Numbered from the stretch's first letter, positions 40,570 to 54,007 are shown. The stretch: 64,000 bases of DNA from Chiloscyllium plagiosum (GCF_004010195.1 NC_057752.1:3585639-3649638); one strand, 5' to 3'. Translations and numbers: made by a program. Notes: generated from the letters alone by a model not told the origin.

Positions 40570-40835
40570 ATGGCATGGTGGCACAGTGGTTAGCACTGCT
40601 ACCTCACAGCTCCAGAGACCCGGGTTCAATTCCCACCTCAGGCGACTTGTCTGTGTGGCGTTTGCACATTCTCCCCGTGTCTGTGTGGGTTTCCTCCCAC
40701 AATCCAAAGATGTGCAGGTTAGGTGAATTAGCCATGCTAAATTGCCCCATAGTGTTAGGTGTAGGGGAATGGGTGGTGGGTTGGTGCGGACTTGTTGGGC
40801 TGAAGGGCCTGTTTCTACACTGTAACTAATGTAAT
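40570..40835 (+). mobile_element. HE1-like SINE
   Basis: tggtggcacagtggttagcactgct head and B-box ggttcaattcc. Confidence 0.88.
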
Positions 40836-41108
40836 CCCAGGAGCAAGGACCACATTTTTATCTGATTCCCTGCCAGTGTAAATGAACTTCCAGCCATGCA
40901 GCCCAGTGCAGATTGATGTGGCTGTATGACTTCTTAATGAACCTTTTCTTTCCTGCACTGTTCCCAGAACCATCCGCTATCTTCACAGCTGTTCATTTCA
41001 ACCTGAAATGTGCCCTTTTTCTCCCAACTGCTTTCGACTGTATCTCCGTCACATTCTTTGTAAAAACAGAAGTTTACTCTCATCGTCCTTAACAATTAGT
41101 TCACAAGC

Positions 41109-41343
41109 TGAAACTTTATTGCTGGAACAGCACAGCAGGTCAGGCAGCATCCAGGGAACAGGAAATTCGACGTTTCGGGCACAGGCCCTTCTTCAGGATT
41201 CATTCCTGATTCATTCCTGAAGAAGGGCCTGTGCCCGAAACGTCGAATTTCCTGTTCCCTGGATGCTGCCTGACCTGCTGTGCTGTTCCAGCAATAAAGT
41301 TTCAACTTTGATCTCCAGCATCTGCAGACCTCACTTTCTCCTC
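41109..41343. mobile_element. Penelope-derived fold-back mini-element, 16-bp TSD, two divergent hammerhead motifs
   Basis: caattagttcacaagc at 41093-41108 and 41344-41359. Arms of about 90 bp are perfectly inverted. Confidence 0.92.
41213..41248 (+). ncRNA. Minimal type I hammerhead ribozyme motif
   Basis: attc CTGAAGA a gggc ctgt gccc GAAA cg TC gaat. Helix I attc/gaat, helix II gggc/gccc, GUC site ending at 41244. Confidence 0.75.
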
Positions 41344-41759
41344 CAATTAGTTCACAAGCCCCAATCTAAAATGTCAGTGTTCAATAGAAGGAACCAACTG
41401 CATAAGATTTAGTGAGAAAGAGGTACAGCACCAGGCCCATATCCCTCCAAACCCTTCCTATTCATACACCCATCCAGATGCCTTTTAAATGCTGTAATCC
41501 AAGCTGAACCAAACATTCAGAAAACGTGAGAATTTGAATTTACTTAAAAGAAAACACAACTGGTGTCACTGAATGTCAGCGAGATGCTCTTGGATTGTGA
41601 CCTAAAGAGGGGGAGTCAGAGTGAGGGGAACGTATGGTGAGGGTGCCCAGAGCCAAAGATATAGGTTGCTCACGGTGCTGAAGGAGCGATTGGCGTGTCA
41701 AATGGGTGTTAATGGAGCGAAAGGAAGAAAACGTCCACACTGCTCAGCGCAAAGTCGAC

Positions 41760-42535
41760 AAGACACAGCCGTGTGGGCAAATGGAAGAAAATTGGAGAAG
41801 GCAAAACAGGTCAGGACTTATACAGTTAATAGTAGGGCCCTGGGGAGTGTTGCTGAGCAAAGAAAGCAAGGGGTATGGGCGCATAGTTCCTTGAAAGTGG
41901 AGTCACAGAAGGCATTTGGTACGTTTGCTTTCACTGGTCAGTGCATTGAATATAGGAGTTGGGAGATCATGTTGTGGCTGTATAGGACATTGGTGAGGCC
42001 ACTTTAGGAATACTGGATTCAATTCTGGCCTCCCTTCTACACAAAAGATGTTGTGAAACTTGAGAGGGTGCAGAAAAGATTTGTAAGGTTGTTGCTGGGG
42101 TTGGAGGGTTTCAGCTACAGGGAGAGGCTGAATAGGCTGGGGCTGTTTTCCCTGGAGCGTCGGTGGCTGAGGGGTGACCTTATAAGTCATGAGGGGCATG
42201 GTTGGGTGAATTTCCCTAGGCTGGGGGTGGGGGGGGGTCCAGAACTAGAGGGCATAGATTTAAGGTGAGAGAGGAAAGATTTAAAAGGGAACTTTTTCAC
42301 GCAGAGGGTGGTACGTGTATGGAATGAGGAGCCAGAGGAAGTGGTGGAGGCTGGTACAATTACAGCATTTAAAAGGCATCTGGATGGGTATATGAATAGG
42401 AAGGGTTGAGAGGGATATGGGCTGGGTGCTGGCTGGTGGGACGAGATTGGGTTGGGATATCTGGTCAGCATGGACAGGTTGGACTGAAGGGTCTGTTTCC
42501 GTAATGTACATCTCTATGTCTCTATGACTCTATGA
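41760..42535 (+). mobile_element. CR1 3' fragment
   Basis: KLERVQKRFVRLLLGLEGFSYRERLNRLGLFSL and a ctatgactctat tail. Confidence 0.9.
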
Positions 42536-44112
42536 TTCGAGGGGTAGCTGTCAAGTTTGATCAGAATTGGATCTTCTATTTACAGTGGTATATGGATAGG
42601 TATAATGCCCAAATAAAGGGATTATATTGAAATTGTCTCCTGCATCTTGGAGAAAAATAGTGGATTCCTGTGACACATGTATCAGGACCCTATATTCTTT
42701 GAATAGAAGATAATCACATTCAGAATGAACCCAAGTAGACAATGCTGCATGACATTTTAAGTTGTTGGAATTTGATTTCCTTCTGCCTTTTCTCTGCTCT
42801 CAGTGAGTGAATGAAACATTGTCCAATTTGGACACCCAGTGACCCAACTAATCTTCCCAGGGGAAGGGTATCATAAGGTTAGATTCAGAGAAAAGCTCCC
42901 TCTACACTGTCCCCCATCAAACACTCCCAGCACAGGGACAGCACAGGGCTAGATACAGAGTAAAGCTCCCTCTACACTGTCCCCCGTCAAATAGTCCCAG
43001 GACAAAGACAGCACAGGGCTAGATCCAGAGTAAAGCTCCCTCTACACTGTCCCCCATCAAACACTCCCAGGACAGGGACAGCACGAGGTTAGATACAGAG
43101 TAAAACTCTTTCTACAATGTCCCCCGTCAAACACTCCCAGGACAGAGACAGCACAGGGCAAGATACAGAGTAAGGCTCCCTCTACAATGTCCGCCATCAA
43201 ACAGTCCCAGGGACAGGGACAACACAGGGTTAGATACAGAGTAAAGCTCGCTCTAAACTGTCCCCATCAAACACTCCCAGGACAGGGACAGCACAGGGCT
43301 AGATACAGAGTAAAGCTTCCTCTACACTGCCCCCATCAAACAGTCCCAGTGACAGGGATAGCACAGGGTTAGACACAGAGTAAAGCTCCCTCTCCACGGT
43401 CCCCCATCAAACACACCAAGGACAGGGACAGCACAGGGCTAGATACAGAGCAAAGCTCCCTCTACACTGTCCCCCATCAAACACTCCCAAGACAGGGACA
43501 GCACAGGATTAGACACAGAGTAAAGCTCCCTCTACACTTTTCCCCATCAAACACTCCCAGGACAGGGACAGCACACGGTTAGATACAGAGTAATGCTGCC
43601 TCTACATTGTCCCCATCAAACACTCCCAGGACAGGGACAGCACGCGGTTAGATACAGAGTAAAGCTCCTTCTACACTGTCCCAATCAAATACACCCAGGA
43701 CAGGGACAGCACGGGGTCAGATACAGAGTAAAACTCTTTCTACACTGTCCCCCATCAAACACTGCCAGGACAGGGACAGCACGGGGTTAGATACAGAGTA
43801 AAACTCTTTCTACACTGTCCCCCATCAAACACTCCCAGGACAGAGACAGTGCGGGGCAAGATACAGAGTAAAGCTCCCTCTACAGTGTCCCCATCAAACA
43901 CTCCCAGGACAGGGACAGCTCAGGGTTAGAGACAGAGTAAAGCTCCTTTTACACTGTCCGCATCAAACACTCCCAGGACAGGGACAGCACGGGGTTAGAT
44001 ACAGAGTAAAACTCCTTCTACACTGTCCCCCATCAAACACTGCCAGGACAGGGACAGCACGGGATTAGATACAGAGTAAAGCTCCCTCTACACTGTCCTC
44101 CATCAAACACTC

Positions 44113-45031
44113 GAGGAGAAAGTGAGGTCTGCAGATGCTGGAGATCAAAGTTGAAACTTTATTGCTGGAACAGCACAGCAGGTCAGGCAGCATCCAGGGA
44201 ACAGGAGATTCAACGTTTCGGGCACAGGCCCTTCTTCAGGAATGAGCAGAGAGTGTTCAGCAGGAGAAGATAAAAGGTAGGGAGGAGGGACTTGGAGGAG
44301 GGGAGTTGGAAATGTGATAGGTGGAAAGAGGTCAAGGTGAGGGTGATAGGTCGGAGTAGGGTGGAGGCGGAGAGGTCGAGGAGAAGACTGCAGGTCAGGA
44401 AGGCGGTGCTGGGCTGGAGGGATTCGGCTGAGACAAGGTGGGGGGAGGGGGGATGAAGAAACTGGTGAAGTCCAAGTTCATCCCCTGTGGTTGGAGGGTT
44501 CCCAGTCGGAAGATAAGACGCTCCTCCTCCGACCGTCGGGTTGTTGTGGTTTGGCGGTGGATGAGTCCAATGACCTGCATATCCTCGGTGGAGTGGGAGG
44601 GGGAGTTGAAATGCTGTGCTACAGGTTGGTTGGGTTGGTTCGTCCGGGTGGCCCAGAGGTGCTCTCTGAATCGCTCCGCAAGTAGGCGGCCTGTCTCCCC
44701 AATATAGTGGAGGCCACACCGGCTGCAGCGGATGCAGTAGGTGATGTGGGTGGAGGTGCAGGTGAATCTGTGGCGGATATGGAAGTTTCCTTTGGGGCCT
44801 TGGAGAGAAGTGAGGGGGGAGGTGTGGGCGCAAGTGTTGCACCTCCTGCGGTTGCAAGGGAAGGTGCCGGGAGTGGAGGTTGGGTCGGTGGGGGGTGTGG
44901 ATCTGACAAGGGAGTCGCGGAGGGAATGGTCTCTACGGAAAGCTGATAGGGGAGGGGAGGGAAATATATCCTTGGTGCTGGGGTCTGTTTGGAGGTGGCG
45001 GAAGTGACGGCGGATGATGCGCTGTACATGG
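44113..45031 (-). mobile_element. 5'-truncated Neptune-type Penelope element with open GIY-YIG endonuclease frame (44395-45031) and 3' pLTR
   Basis: FPCNRRRCNTC...ITYCIRCSRCGLHYIGETGR.LAERFREH...VAQHFN...EERLIFRLGTLQPQGMN. TSD aacactc at 44106-44112 and 45032-45038. Confidence 0.93.
44208..44243 (-). ncRNA. Minimal hammerhead ribozyme motif in Penelope 3' pLTR
   Basis: On the element sense strand: attc CTGAAGA a gggc ctgt gccc GAAA cg TT gaat. Confidence 0.72.
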
Positions 45032-46664
45032 AACACTCCCCAGGACAGGGACAGCACGGGGTTAGATACAGAGTAAAGCTCCCTCTACACTGTCCCCCCA
45101 TCAAACACTCCCAGGACAGGGACAGTGCGGGGCAAGATACAGAGTAAAGCTCTCTCTACACTGTCCCAATCAAATACACCCAGGACAGGGACAGCACGGG
45201 GTTAGATACAGAGTAAAGCTCTCTCTACACTGTCCCAATCAAATACACCCAGGACAGGAACAGCACGGGGTTAGATACAGAGTAAAACTCTTTCTACACT
45301 GTCCCCATCAAACGCTTCCAGGACAGGGACAGCACGGGGTCAGATACAGAGTAAACCTCTCCCTCCACTGTTCCCAACCTTGGAAATGTCCATTTTCCCT
45401 TTTCCATTTCCATCAATGAGTGGCTGCAAGCTGAATCGGTCATGGTTGTATTCCCCCCAGACTGCCTGAGCTCAGGATCGCAGCTGTCCCCTTCTCATTG
45501 GCAAAACTCTACTTTATAGAGTCAGCGAGAGACAATCAAATTTAAATTTGATCACATTCTATATTGCATTAAAGAGGCATGAATAATGCTTTGCATGGCT
45601 TTCCCCGATCCTCATGCAACAAATGCAGCCCATAAAAATCATATCACCCCAGAGAGGCCTTCCTCTATCTGCACAGCAGACAGGACACCATAAAAGTTGC
45701 CGTCACCTTGGCAGAGGAAGTGACATTTTGATGTACAGTGCTTGTTAAGCACAGCTTCCTTGTTCAAATGGGCTTGCAGTCTGTCTTTGTTGGACCATTG
45801 GAAGCACTGTCACATTTCAATAATTAAACGGTCCACCGACTGTGGGGATTATCTGCGGCAGCACAGTGAGACAAATCCTGCGTGGAAATAACAAGGAACT
45901 GTTTTCAGGATCAGCAGAAACAGGGGAGTGGGTTGCTGGCCCGAGGGGAGAACACTGCGTTGGCAGAGGGCTGAATTCAAGAGGTGTTTCCGCTTAATGA
46001 GGACAGGGGAGCCTGCAAAGGGATAGGTCGGGCATTATGGGAAACCAGAGGCTGACACTCACTGGGCTCTGTCTGAATGCACAATACATCAACAGAGACA
46101 GCTGCTCGGAATACATTCTACTTTTCCTCACAACTTTGAGGTCTGACTGTGCACTTCTGTGCAATGAGCAGCCGGCAAGAAATTGTCCCGGCGTTTAGAA
46201 GGAGCATGTTTCAAATGACACGACAGCAAGAAAAAGCCTTTTCGCTCACCCGTTCATAAAGGGCCCCATCTGGAGCCCTCGTGTGCTGATGACCACCCAC
46301 CCATGTTTTTTTTTCTCGTCAGCCTTTGCACATCTCCGTTCACCTTGTTGGTACACAGGCCACTGTCATCGGCTCAAGGCATCACTTAATCCAGGTGCAA
46401 ATGCTTGTCACACCAAACGGGATCAGGATTTGACAGCTTTCGGCAGGGAATTAGGGAAACACATCAAGGAAAATTGGTAAGCGGGATATGGGCAAAGAGC
46501 AGGAGAGTGGGACCAACTGGAAGAGCCAGATGGACTCCAGGGGCCAAACAGACATCTTCAGTGCTGTACAACAGTTTCCTATGATTCTACCACATATTTT
46601 GAGGCTTTTAAACCAGGTGGAAGTCAAGTTCGATGTCGGGTGATGTTTCTGAACGTGTTGAGAC

Positions 46665-47985
46665 CATAAGACATAGCAGCAGGAGTAGGCCTGTCCTGTC
46701 TGCTCTGTCATTCACTGAGATTGCGGCTGATCTGACAATCCTCAACCCCACTCGCCTGGCCTTTCCCCACACATTCCCTTCCCTGATGAAACATCTGTCT
46801 GTCTCAGCCTTGAATAATGCCCCGGCCTCAACAGCCCTCTGTGGGAAAGAATTCCGCAGATTCACTCCCCTCCGGGAGAAGACGTTCCCCTCCTCGTCTC
46901 TGTCTTAAATATGCGAGCCCTGATTGTGAGGCTCTGCACCCTGAGACAAGACGCTCCCAGAAAGGAAAGCCACATTTTGGCATCATCCCCAAGTCCCCTC
47001 AGAACGATTCTTCCAAATTCCAATGAGGACAGGCCCAACCTACTCACCCTCTCCTCATTAGACAGTCCCTCCATACCTGGGATCAGCCGAATGAACCTTC
47101 TCTGGATTGCCTCCCATGTCAGTCTATCTTTCCTTAGATAAGGGACACAAACCTGTTCACAGTATTTCAGCTGTGATCTGATTGGTGTCTTGTATAGTTT
47201 TAGCAAAACCTCCCTGTTTTTGTACTTCATTCCCTTTGAAATAAAGGCCAACATTCCATTTGCCTTCCCTATTATCTACTGAACTCGGATACCAGCTTTT
47301 TGTGATTCATGGACAAATCCCTCTGCTCTATAGCTTTCTTCAGTCTTTCGCCATTTAAATAATATTCAGCTCCTCTATTCTTCCTGTCAAAGTGCATAAC
47401 CTCACATTTTCCCACATTATATTCCATTTGCCAAGTTTTTTGCCCACTCACTTGTCTCTCTGCAGACTCTTTGTGTCATCCTCACCACTTGATTTCCCAC
47501 CTGTTCTTGTGTCATCCTCAAATTCGGTGATCGTACGTTTACTTTCCTCATCTTTAGGATATGTTGTGAGTGATTGTGACCCCAACACTGATCCCTGTGG
47601 TGCTCCACTCATTACATCCTGAAAACACACCCCTTATCCCAACTCTCTGTCTTCTATTCGCTAGCCAAACCTCTATTCATACAACAATACGACCTCCAAC
47701 ATAATGGGCTCTTATTAAATTGCCTAATGTGTGGAATTTTAGCAAACGCCTTGTAAAAATCCAAATATAATATATCCACAGTTTCCCTTTTATCTATCTT
47801 GCTTGTTACCTCCTCAAAGAATCCTCATAAATTTGTCAGACATGATTTTCCCTTCATGAAGCCACGCCAACTCTGCTTGATCATAATAGACGCTTCCAAA
47901 TGTTCTGCTGTAACATCCTTTACAAAAGACTCGAATATTTTCCCTATAATAGTTATTAAGCTAACTGGCCTATAGTTACCTGTTC
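46665..47985 (-). mobile_element. Older CR1 RT fragment
   Basis: SGAPQGSVLG, FEDDT (FADDT-like), LKYCEQVCVPY, IQRRFIRLIPG. Confidence 0.85.
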
Positions 47986-47989
47986 TTTT

Positions 47990-48570
47990 AGCTTAGTCAT
48001 ATAGCACGGATATAGACCTTCCAGTCCAACTAATCCATGCTAAACATAATCCCAAACTAACCTAGTCCCACCTGCCTGCTCCTGGCCCATATCTCTCCAA
48101 ACCTTTCATCAACATGTAATCATGTCCTTATCCAAATGTCTTTTAAACATTATAACCGCACCCACATCCACCACTTCCTCAGGAAGATCATTCCACACAT
48201 GAACCACCCTCTGTGTATAAAAAGTTGTCCCTCATGTCTTTTTTAAATCCATCTCCTCTCACCTTAACAATGTGCCTGTAGTCTTGAAATCCCCCATCCT
48301 AGGGAAAAGACAGCAACTATTAACTCATTCTATACCCTCATTATTTTACTAACCTCTATAAGGTCGCCTCTCAACCTCCTACGCTCCAGTGAAAAAACTC
48401 ACAGCCTATTGAGCCTCTCTTTATAACTCAAACCTTCCCGACCTGGCAATATCCTGGTAAATCTCTTCTGAACCCTCTCCAGCTGAATAATATCCTTCCT
48501 CTAACAGACTGACCAGAACTGGACATAGTATTCTGTACAACCTCAACATGACATCCCAACTCCTATACTC
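47990..48570 (-). mobile_element. CR1 3' fragment
   Basis: CR1 tail and 3' motifs. Confidence 0.85.
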
Positions 48571-49188
48571 ACATTGACAGCTTTCCAAACCTCTCAGTTA
48601 CCAGATAAAACAGCCCAAGAGAGCGCAGACAAAGACAATAGGTAGATTCATATCTAACACCTAACCACCAAGCTCTCAGGAAGATGTGCAAACATGCACG
48701 TTTGGGAATCAAATCTCCACAGATTTAAGTGCAGAGGTTCCTGGTTCAATCATCCCTAATGGCAAAATCACTGGGATAGTTTAAGCTTTAAATTGATCAA
48801 CTCTGGCTGTGTAAACATGCCAACTTTAATCTCATTCTGCAATGCTTCAATTCCACTTCCTCTGCCTATGAAGAGAGGATTGCACATTGGACCAGGAATT
48901 AAAGCAACAATCGCACTAACACCTCGAACGTTGCAACTCTGAAATATGAACTTATAACGACTTAACCGCACGCTGCTCCCATGGCCCAGTGGGTAAGTGC
49001 ACTGCCTGCTGGGATTGTGTCATGCAGGCCTGGATGGTCCCAAGTATGATGCTTTATCTGTGCTTCGATGGTCAATTGTAGAAATGATCCCCAGTGGATC
49101 ATGGATCTTGCTATGCTGGAGAGGACTGTGTGCTCCACCACCACACCCCCACCACCACCATTAAGCCATGCCATTGGGAGCTCCTGGT

Positions 49189-49305
49189 AAAAACAATGAC
49201 TGCAGATGCTGGAAACCAGATTCTGGATCAGTGGTGCTGGAAGAGCACAGCAATTCAGGCAGCATCCGAGGACAGGCAGCGCTCTTCCAGCACCACTGAT
49301 CCAGA
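49189..49305. mobile_element. Penelope-derived fold-back mini-element, 16-bp TSD
   Basis: attgggagctcctggt at 49173-49188 and 49306-49321. Confidence 0.85.
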
Positions 49306-49374
49306 ATTGGGAGCTCCTGGTTCATGGCAGCAAGGGACCGGGCAAAGTGTGAAAACAAGATGTTCTCACAGATG

Positions 49375-49568
49375 GCATGGTGCCACAGTGGTTAGCACTG
49401 CTGCCACACATGCCAGGGACCCGGGTTCGATTCCACTCTTGGGTGACTGCCTGTGCAGAGTTCATACATTCTCCCCGTGTCTGCGTGGGTTTCCTGCAGG
49501 TGCTCCGGTTTCCTCCCATAATCCAAAGACGTGCAGGTCAGGGCAGATTGGCCACGCTAAATTGCCCA
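49375..49568 (+). mobile_element. HE1-like SINE 5' part
   Basis: cagtggttagcactgctgcc...ggttcgattcc. Confidence 0.8.
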
Positions 49569-49570
49569 GA

Positions 49571-50432
49571 CGAAAGTGAGCACTGCAGATGCTGGAGACG
49601 AGAGTCGAGAGTGTGGTGTTGGAAAAGCACAGCAGGTCAGGCAGCATCCGAGGAGCAGGAGAATCGATGTTCCGGGCATAAGCCCTTCATCAGGAATGAG
49701 GCTGGCAGTCTCGGGGGTGGAGAGATAAACGGGAGGGTGGGAAGGAAGATGGACAGGTAGGACAGGTCTTGAGGACGGTGCTGAGCTAGAAGGTTGGAAC
49801 TGGGGTAAGGTGGGGGGAGGGGAAATGAGGAAACTGGTGAAGTCCACATTGATGCCCTGGGGTTGGAGGGTCCCAGGTGGAAGATGAGGCGTTCTTCCTC
49901 CAGGCGTCAGGTGATTAGGGAGTGGCGATGGAGGAGGCCCAGGACCTGCATGTCCTCAGCAGAGTGGGCAGGGGAGTTGAAGTGTTAGGCCACAGGGCAG
50001 TAGGGTTGGTTGGTTAGTGCGGGTGTCCCAGAGGTGTTCTCTGAAGCGCTCTGCGAGTAGGTGTCCTGTCTCGCCAATGTAGAGGAGACCGCATCAGGAG
50101 CAATGGATACAGTACATGACTTGTGGAAGTGCGGGTGAAATTTTGATGTGGACGTGGAAGCTTTCTTTGGGACCTTGGACGGAGGTGATGGGGGAGGTGT
50201 GGGTGCAGGTTTTGCAATTCCTGCGATGGCAGGGGAAGGTGCCAGAAGGGGAGGGTGGGTTGTTAGGGGGCATGGACCTGACCAGGTAGTCACGGAGAGA
50301 ACGGTCTTTACGGAAAGTGGATAGGGGTGGGGAGGAAAATATATCCCTGGTGGTGGAGTCCATTTGTAGGTGGTGGAAATGGTGGAGGATGATACGATGC
50401 ATACGGAGGTTGGCGGGGTGGAAGGTGAGGAC
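49571..50432 (-). mobile_element. Degenerate Neptune-type Penelope 3' fragment
   Basis: TFHPANLRMHRIILHHFHHLQ...GTFPCHRRNCKTC, frameshifted GIY-YIG and a mutated hammerhead (GGAA) near 49663-49697. Confidence 0.9.
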
Positions 50433-52004
50433 CATTTTGAAAAAAAGAGTAAGGAGGTTTTCCCCAGTGTTTTGGTCAATATTTATCCCTCCAGTAAAAA
50501 CAATCATTACCACATTACCATCTTTGGGAGCTTGCTCTGTACAAATTGGTTGCTGTGTTTCCTAACTACAACAGCGCCTCCTGTTCAAAAGTATTTCATT
50601 AGGTGTAAAGTGCTTTGAGCTATCTGGTGATCATGGAAAGAGTTATGGAAATGCTACCATTTGCCGACTGTGGCATTTTCCCACCTCATGTTTGTCTTCA
50701 TAACTCTGGCTATGTCTCAACAAATAATCCAGTCGCTTTTAAAGTATCCTTGGATATTTCAGCCAACGTACAAGGGCACCATCTGAACACAAGTTACTTT
50801 TGACCAATTTTCCACATTCTTCAAACAAACCTTGGAAGTTTTATTTTGTTAGATATTAGGGTGGGGGAAAGGTAATTAAAACTGGGAACAGATCTTCAGC
50901 CAAGTGCTTAGTATTCACCAGATACTTTGCCTGAAAGCAACTTTTTTTTTCATCAAATGGTCTGTGTTGTAAAGATTTATCACATCGACTTCCTCATTTT
51001 GTCACACAGAGACATTCTGATGAATATTTTGTGACAAGTAATGTCACATTTTAGAAGATTGTGGAACTTGGGAGATCAGAAGAGGCGAGAATCCAAAAAG
51101 AAATGGCTTCAAAAGCACTTATTCCATAATCAGACAATTCAATTTGAATGGCTCATTTCCCTTGAAATTGGCTATTTTTGATTTTTAATGTTATTTATGA
51201 ATCACAAGTTATCACTCACATTCTTGAAGTCATGTTCTGGTAATTTCTTTTTGCTGCAGATATCGAAGTTGAACTGGGAATTTTGATTAATGCTTGCAGC
51301 TCATACTTATTTTGTGGTCTGAGTCATGCCAGGCTGATACCAAGTCAACCTTTAGTGATTGCTGTGGGTAGCCAGTGTTCAAAGTAAGTGCCTTCCATCT
51401 CACCTCACCCCTTTCCCCATCTTCTGCAGGCTTCCCCCAAGAGAAACTGGTCAACTGACAAGGACGGAGAACGCCTTGAATAATCGCACGAGGCAGGGAA
51501 GGGTTCCATGGCTCTTTAAGCAGAGGGGTCACAGGGCAGAGCACTCGAAATGTGATTGGAATGTGGTTGCAGATTCCTCTAGCCAAAATGACAGGTATTA
51601 ATATCATACCGTCTGCGCTCCAGGAATTAAAAGCTGAACTTAGCAATTTTTCGGAGCCGCTTTTGTTGGTAACAATCATAAACGAGAAGTCATGGTAATG
51701 ATGATTAGATTTCAAATTGAAATCTATTTGTGGAGATCTGCTTCTGTGGCAATGCAGCCAAGTTATTATGTGGTAATCTGAGAAATGATATACTGCTTCT
51801 GTGGAGCTGGATAAGAACACTGGTCTATCGCAGCCATTCAGGATAAGCTGACCCTTCATTATTCACAATTCAAAATGGCCGACACTCCCTTTCGTACAGT
51901 GGAAAATGAGGCAACTCACCATTCAATTGTTTGACCCATCAATATCAACAGTTCAAAAACCCACTCGCGGTTAGACATCTTGTCCATGGATAGAGGATAG
52001 AAAG

Positions 52005-52086
52005 CTAGAAGTTCTTGGAAAAGCTCAGCCTCAGTGGAGAGAAATCAGAGTTAACGTTTCGGGTCCAGTGACCCGTGCTCAGAACT
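52005..52086 (-). mobile_element. Penelope-like terminal fragment (third family) with degenerate hammerhead
   Basis: Minus strand reads agtt CTGAGCA c gggtc actg gaccc GAAA cg TT aact (52049-52086). A related decayed copy lies near 18720-18840. Confidence 0.6.
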
Positions 52087-53090
52087 AGGAGGCAGTTCTT
52101 TGGGGCAGGCAACATAAATGGGATCTGGAGTGCTGAAAAGGTGAAATTCTGGCCAGCAGGTTAGTAGGGTTGATGCAAGGCGGGTGGGGGGAGGGAGAAA
52201 AGCTTCTCCAGCGGCCTAGAGATTTTAGCCTAACTAAGCTACTCGGTCATGTTCCATAGGAGTCGGTGGGCCTTGAACCCAGGCCTCCTGGATCAGAGGC
52301 AGAGATACTACCACTACCACTGCCAGATGCTGACACGTGCTTTGCAAGCCCATCCCATAACAATTATGGCTGAACCGTACACTTACTGTATCATTGGCTG
52401 AGCTCAGGGAGTGGGTACAGGGCAGCGACTGACCTATATTAGGTGCACCCCAACTGAAAACATGCCTAGCAATGAGGCACATGAAACCCAGTCCAAGGGG
52501 TTTGCTGTGAAGCCAGCAAATGTGCTGGGTTTCCAGGAGCAATGTCTTACAAAGTTAAGTTGGAGGGTCAGTGGCGCCGTTTAACACTGGGAAATCCTGA
52601 TTGCAATGCGTCAGTCGGGAACGTGCCGGATGGTACGGCTTGGCAGTAGCATTTCGGTGGGGCAACACCTTACAAAATCCACTCGGTCCACTTTAATCAC
52701 AGCACCGAAAAATGATTGCACAAAGATAATCAGCAGATGTGTGGGATACGGAACAAAGCTGCATCATATCTGAAGAGGGTTGAGAAATCAAAATGTCCTC
52801 CAGGAGATTTGAACCACAGTTGATAGATCGTTGTGAGGCAAGGAGACCAAGTGATATGGAGCCAGTGCAGACAGACGGAGCTGAGATACAAATCAGCCAC
52901 AATTTAGCTGAATAGTGAGGAATGATCACAGAGCTAAATAGCCTCTTCCCGTTCCCGAAGGAGCAAAATGACAAGTCTATCCACCAGTCCTTCCACTGAT
53001 CACGTTTCATTTGCTCCATTAGAAATCTACTGAGTCTGGCCAGGCCAGGTGAGAATGGCGAATTTCTTTCCCAAAAGGACATGACTGAAC

Positions 53091-53468
53091 TTAGAGTCCT
53101 AGAGCTGTACAGCACGGAAACAGACCCTTCGGTCCAACCCCTCTATGCCTGCCAGATATCCCAACCCAATCTAGTCCCACCTGCCAGCACCCGGCCCATA
53201 TCCCTCCAAACCCTTCCTATTCATATACCCACTCAGATGCCTTTTAAATGTTGTAATTGTACCAGCCTCCACCACTTCCTCTGGCAGCTCATTCCATACA
53301 CACACCACCCTCTGCGTGAAAAAGGTCCCTTTTATATCTTTCCCCTCTCACCCTAAACCCTATGCTCCTCTAGTTCTGGACTCCCTCACCCCAGGGTAAA
53401 GACCTTGTCTATTTATCCTCTCCATGCCCCTCATGATTTTATAAACCTCTGTAAGGTCACCCCTCAGC
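53091..53468 (-). mobile_element. CR1 3' end inside a DeuSINE-like SINE
   Basis: CR1 tail and 3' motifs between SINE halves. Confidence 0.85.
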
Positions 53469-54007
53469 AACAATCACGATTGGTTCATGGTCACCATTTT
53501 TGAGATTAGCTTCTAATTCTGTTATGGACCAGACCAACCCCTCTCAAAGCATATCAAGGAGATAGCCTCAACCCTGACATTTATAGCATTGAACACTCCA
53601 ACCACCTGCTAGCTTCAGGAGTTAGTCTTCAAAAGGTAGACGCACCAACATTCTCCTTCATTCTCCTCAGGTCCCTCTGCAGAACGAAACAAAATGCTCG
53701 AATATTATTGGGAAGATTTTCCTGTACCCACTCCGCTGCCTGGAATGTTTGATGAACATTACACGATCAGGCAGATAGCTGTGGTTTTGATGGGACTTGC
53801 TCCATTTCCCAATGGAGGACACTTATATAGAATCTTTTATAAGTGCCCCTATCGAATTGTCCAAAATGGCCATTACCAAGAAAATCTGGTGTATCTGGGC
53901 ACAAATCTGGGAAAATCACATTTAAGAATACATTCTCCCTCTGCCTTTGAAGGATATTCCTGTATGTGAAGCACATTCCCCACATTAAATGGAATCTTGC
54001 TGAGCAG

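Larger units (their letters stand above)
42851..45375. repeat. 70-bp satellite, about 22 units, split by a Penelope insertion
   Basis: Unit agatacagagtaaagctccctctacactgtcccccatcaaacactcccaggacagggacagcac(a/g)gg(g/c)tt. Confidence 0.97.

Noticed and set aside
41109..41343. miRNA precursor or DNA-transposon MITE
   Set aside because: The arms are Penelope pLTR sequence, the inverted repeat is not terminal on both sides, and TSD length varies between copies.
42851..45375. Hammerhead-containing satellite as in newt satellite 2
   Set aside because: The 70-bp unit has no CUGANGA/GAAA core. The only motif belongs to the inserted Penelope.
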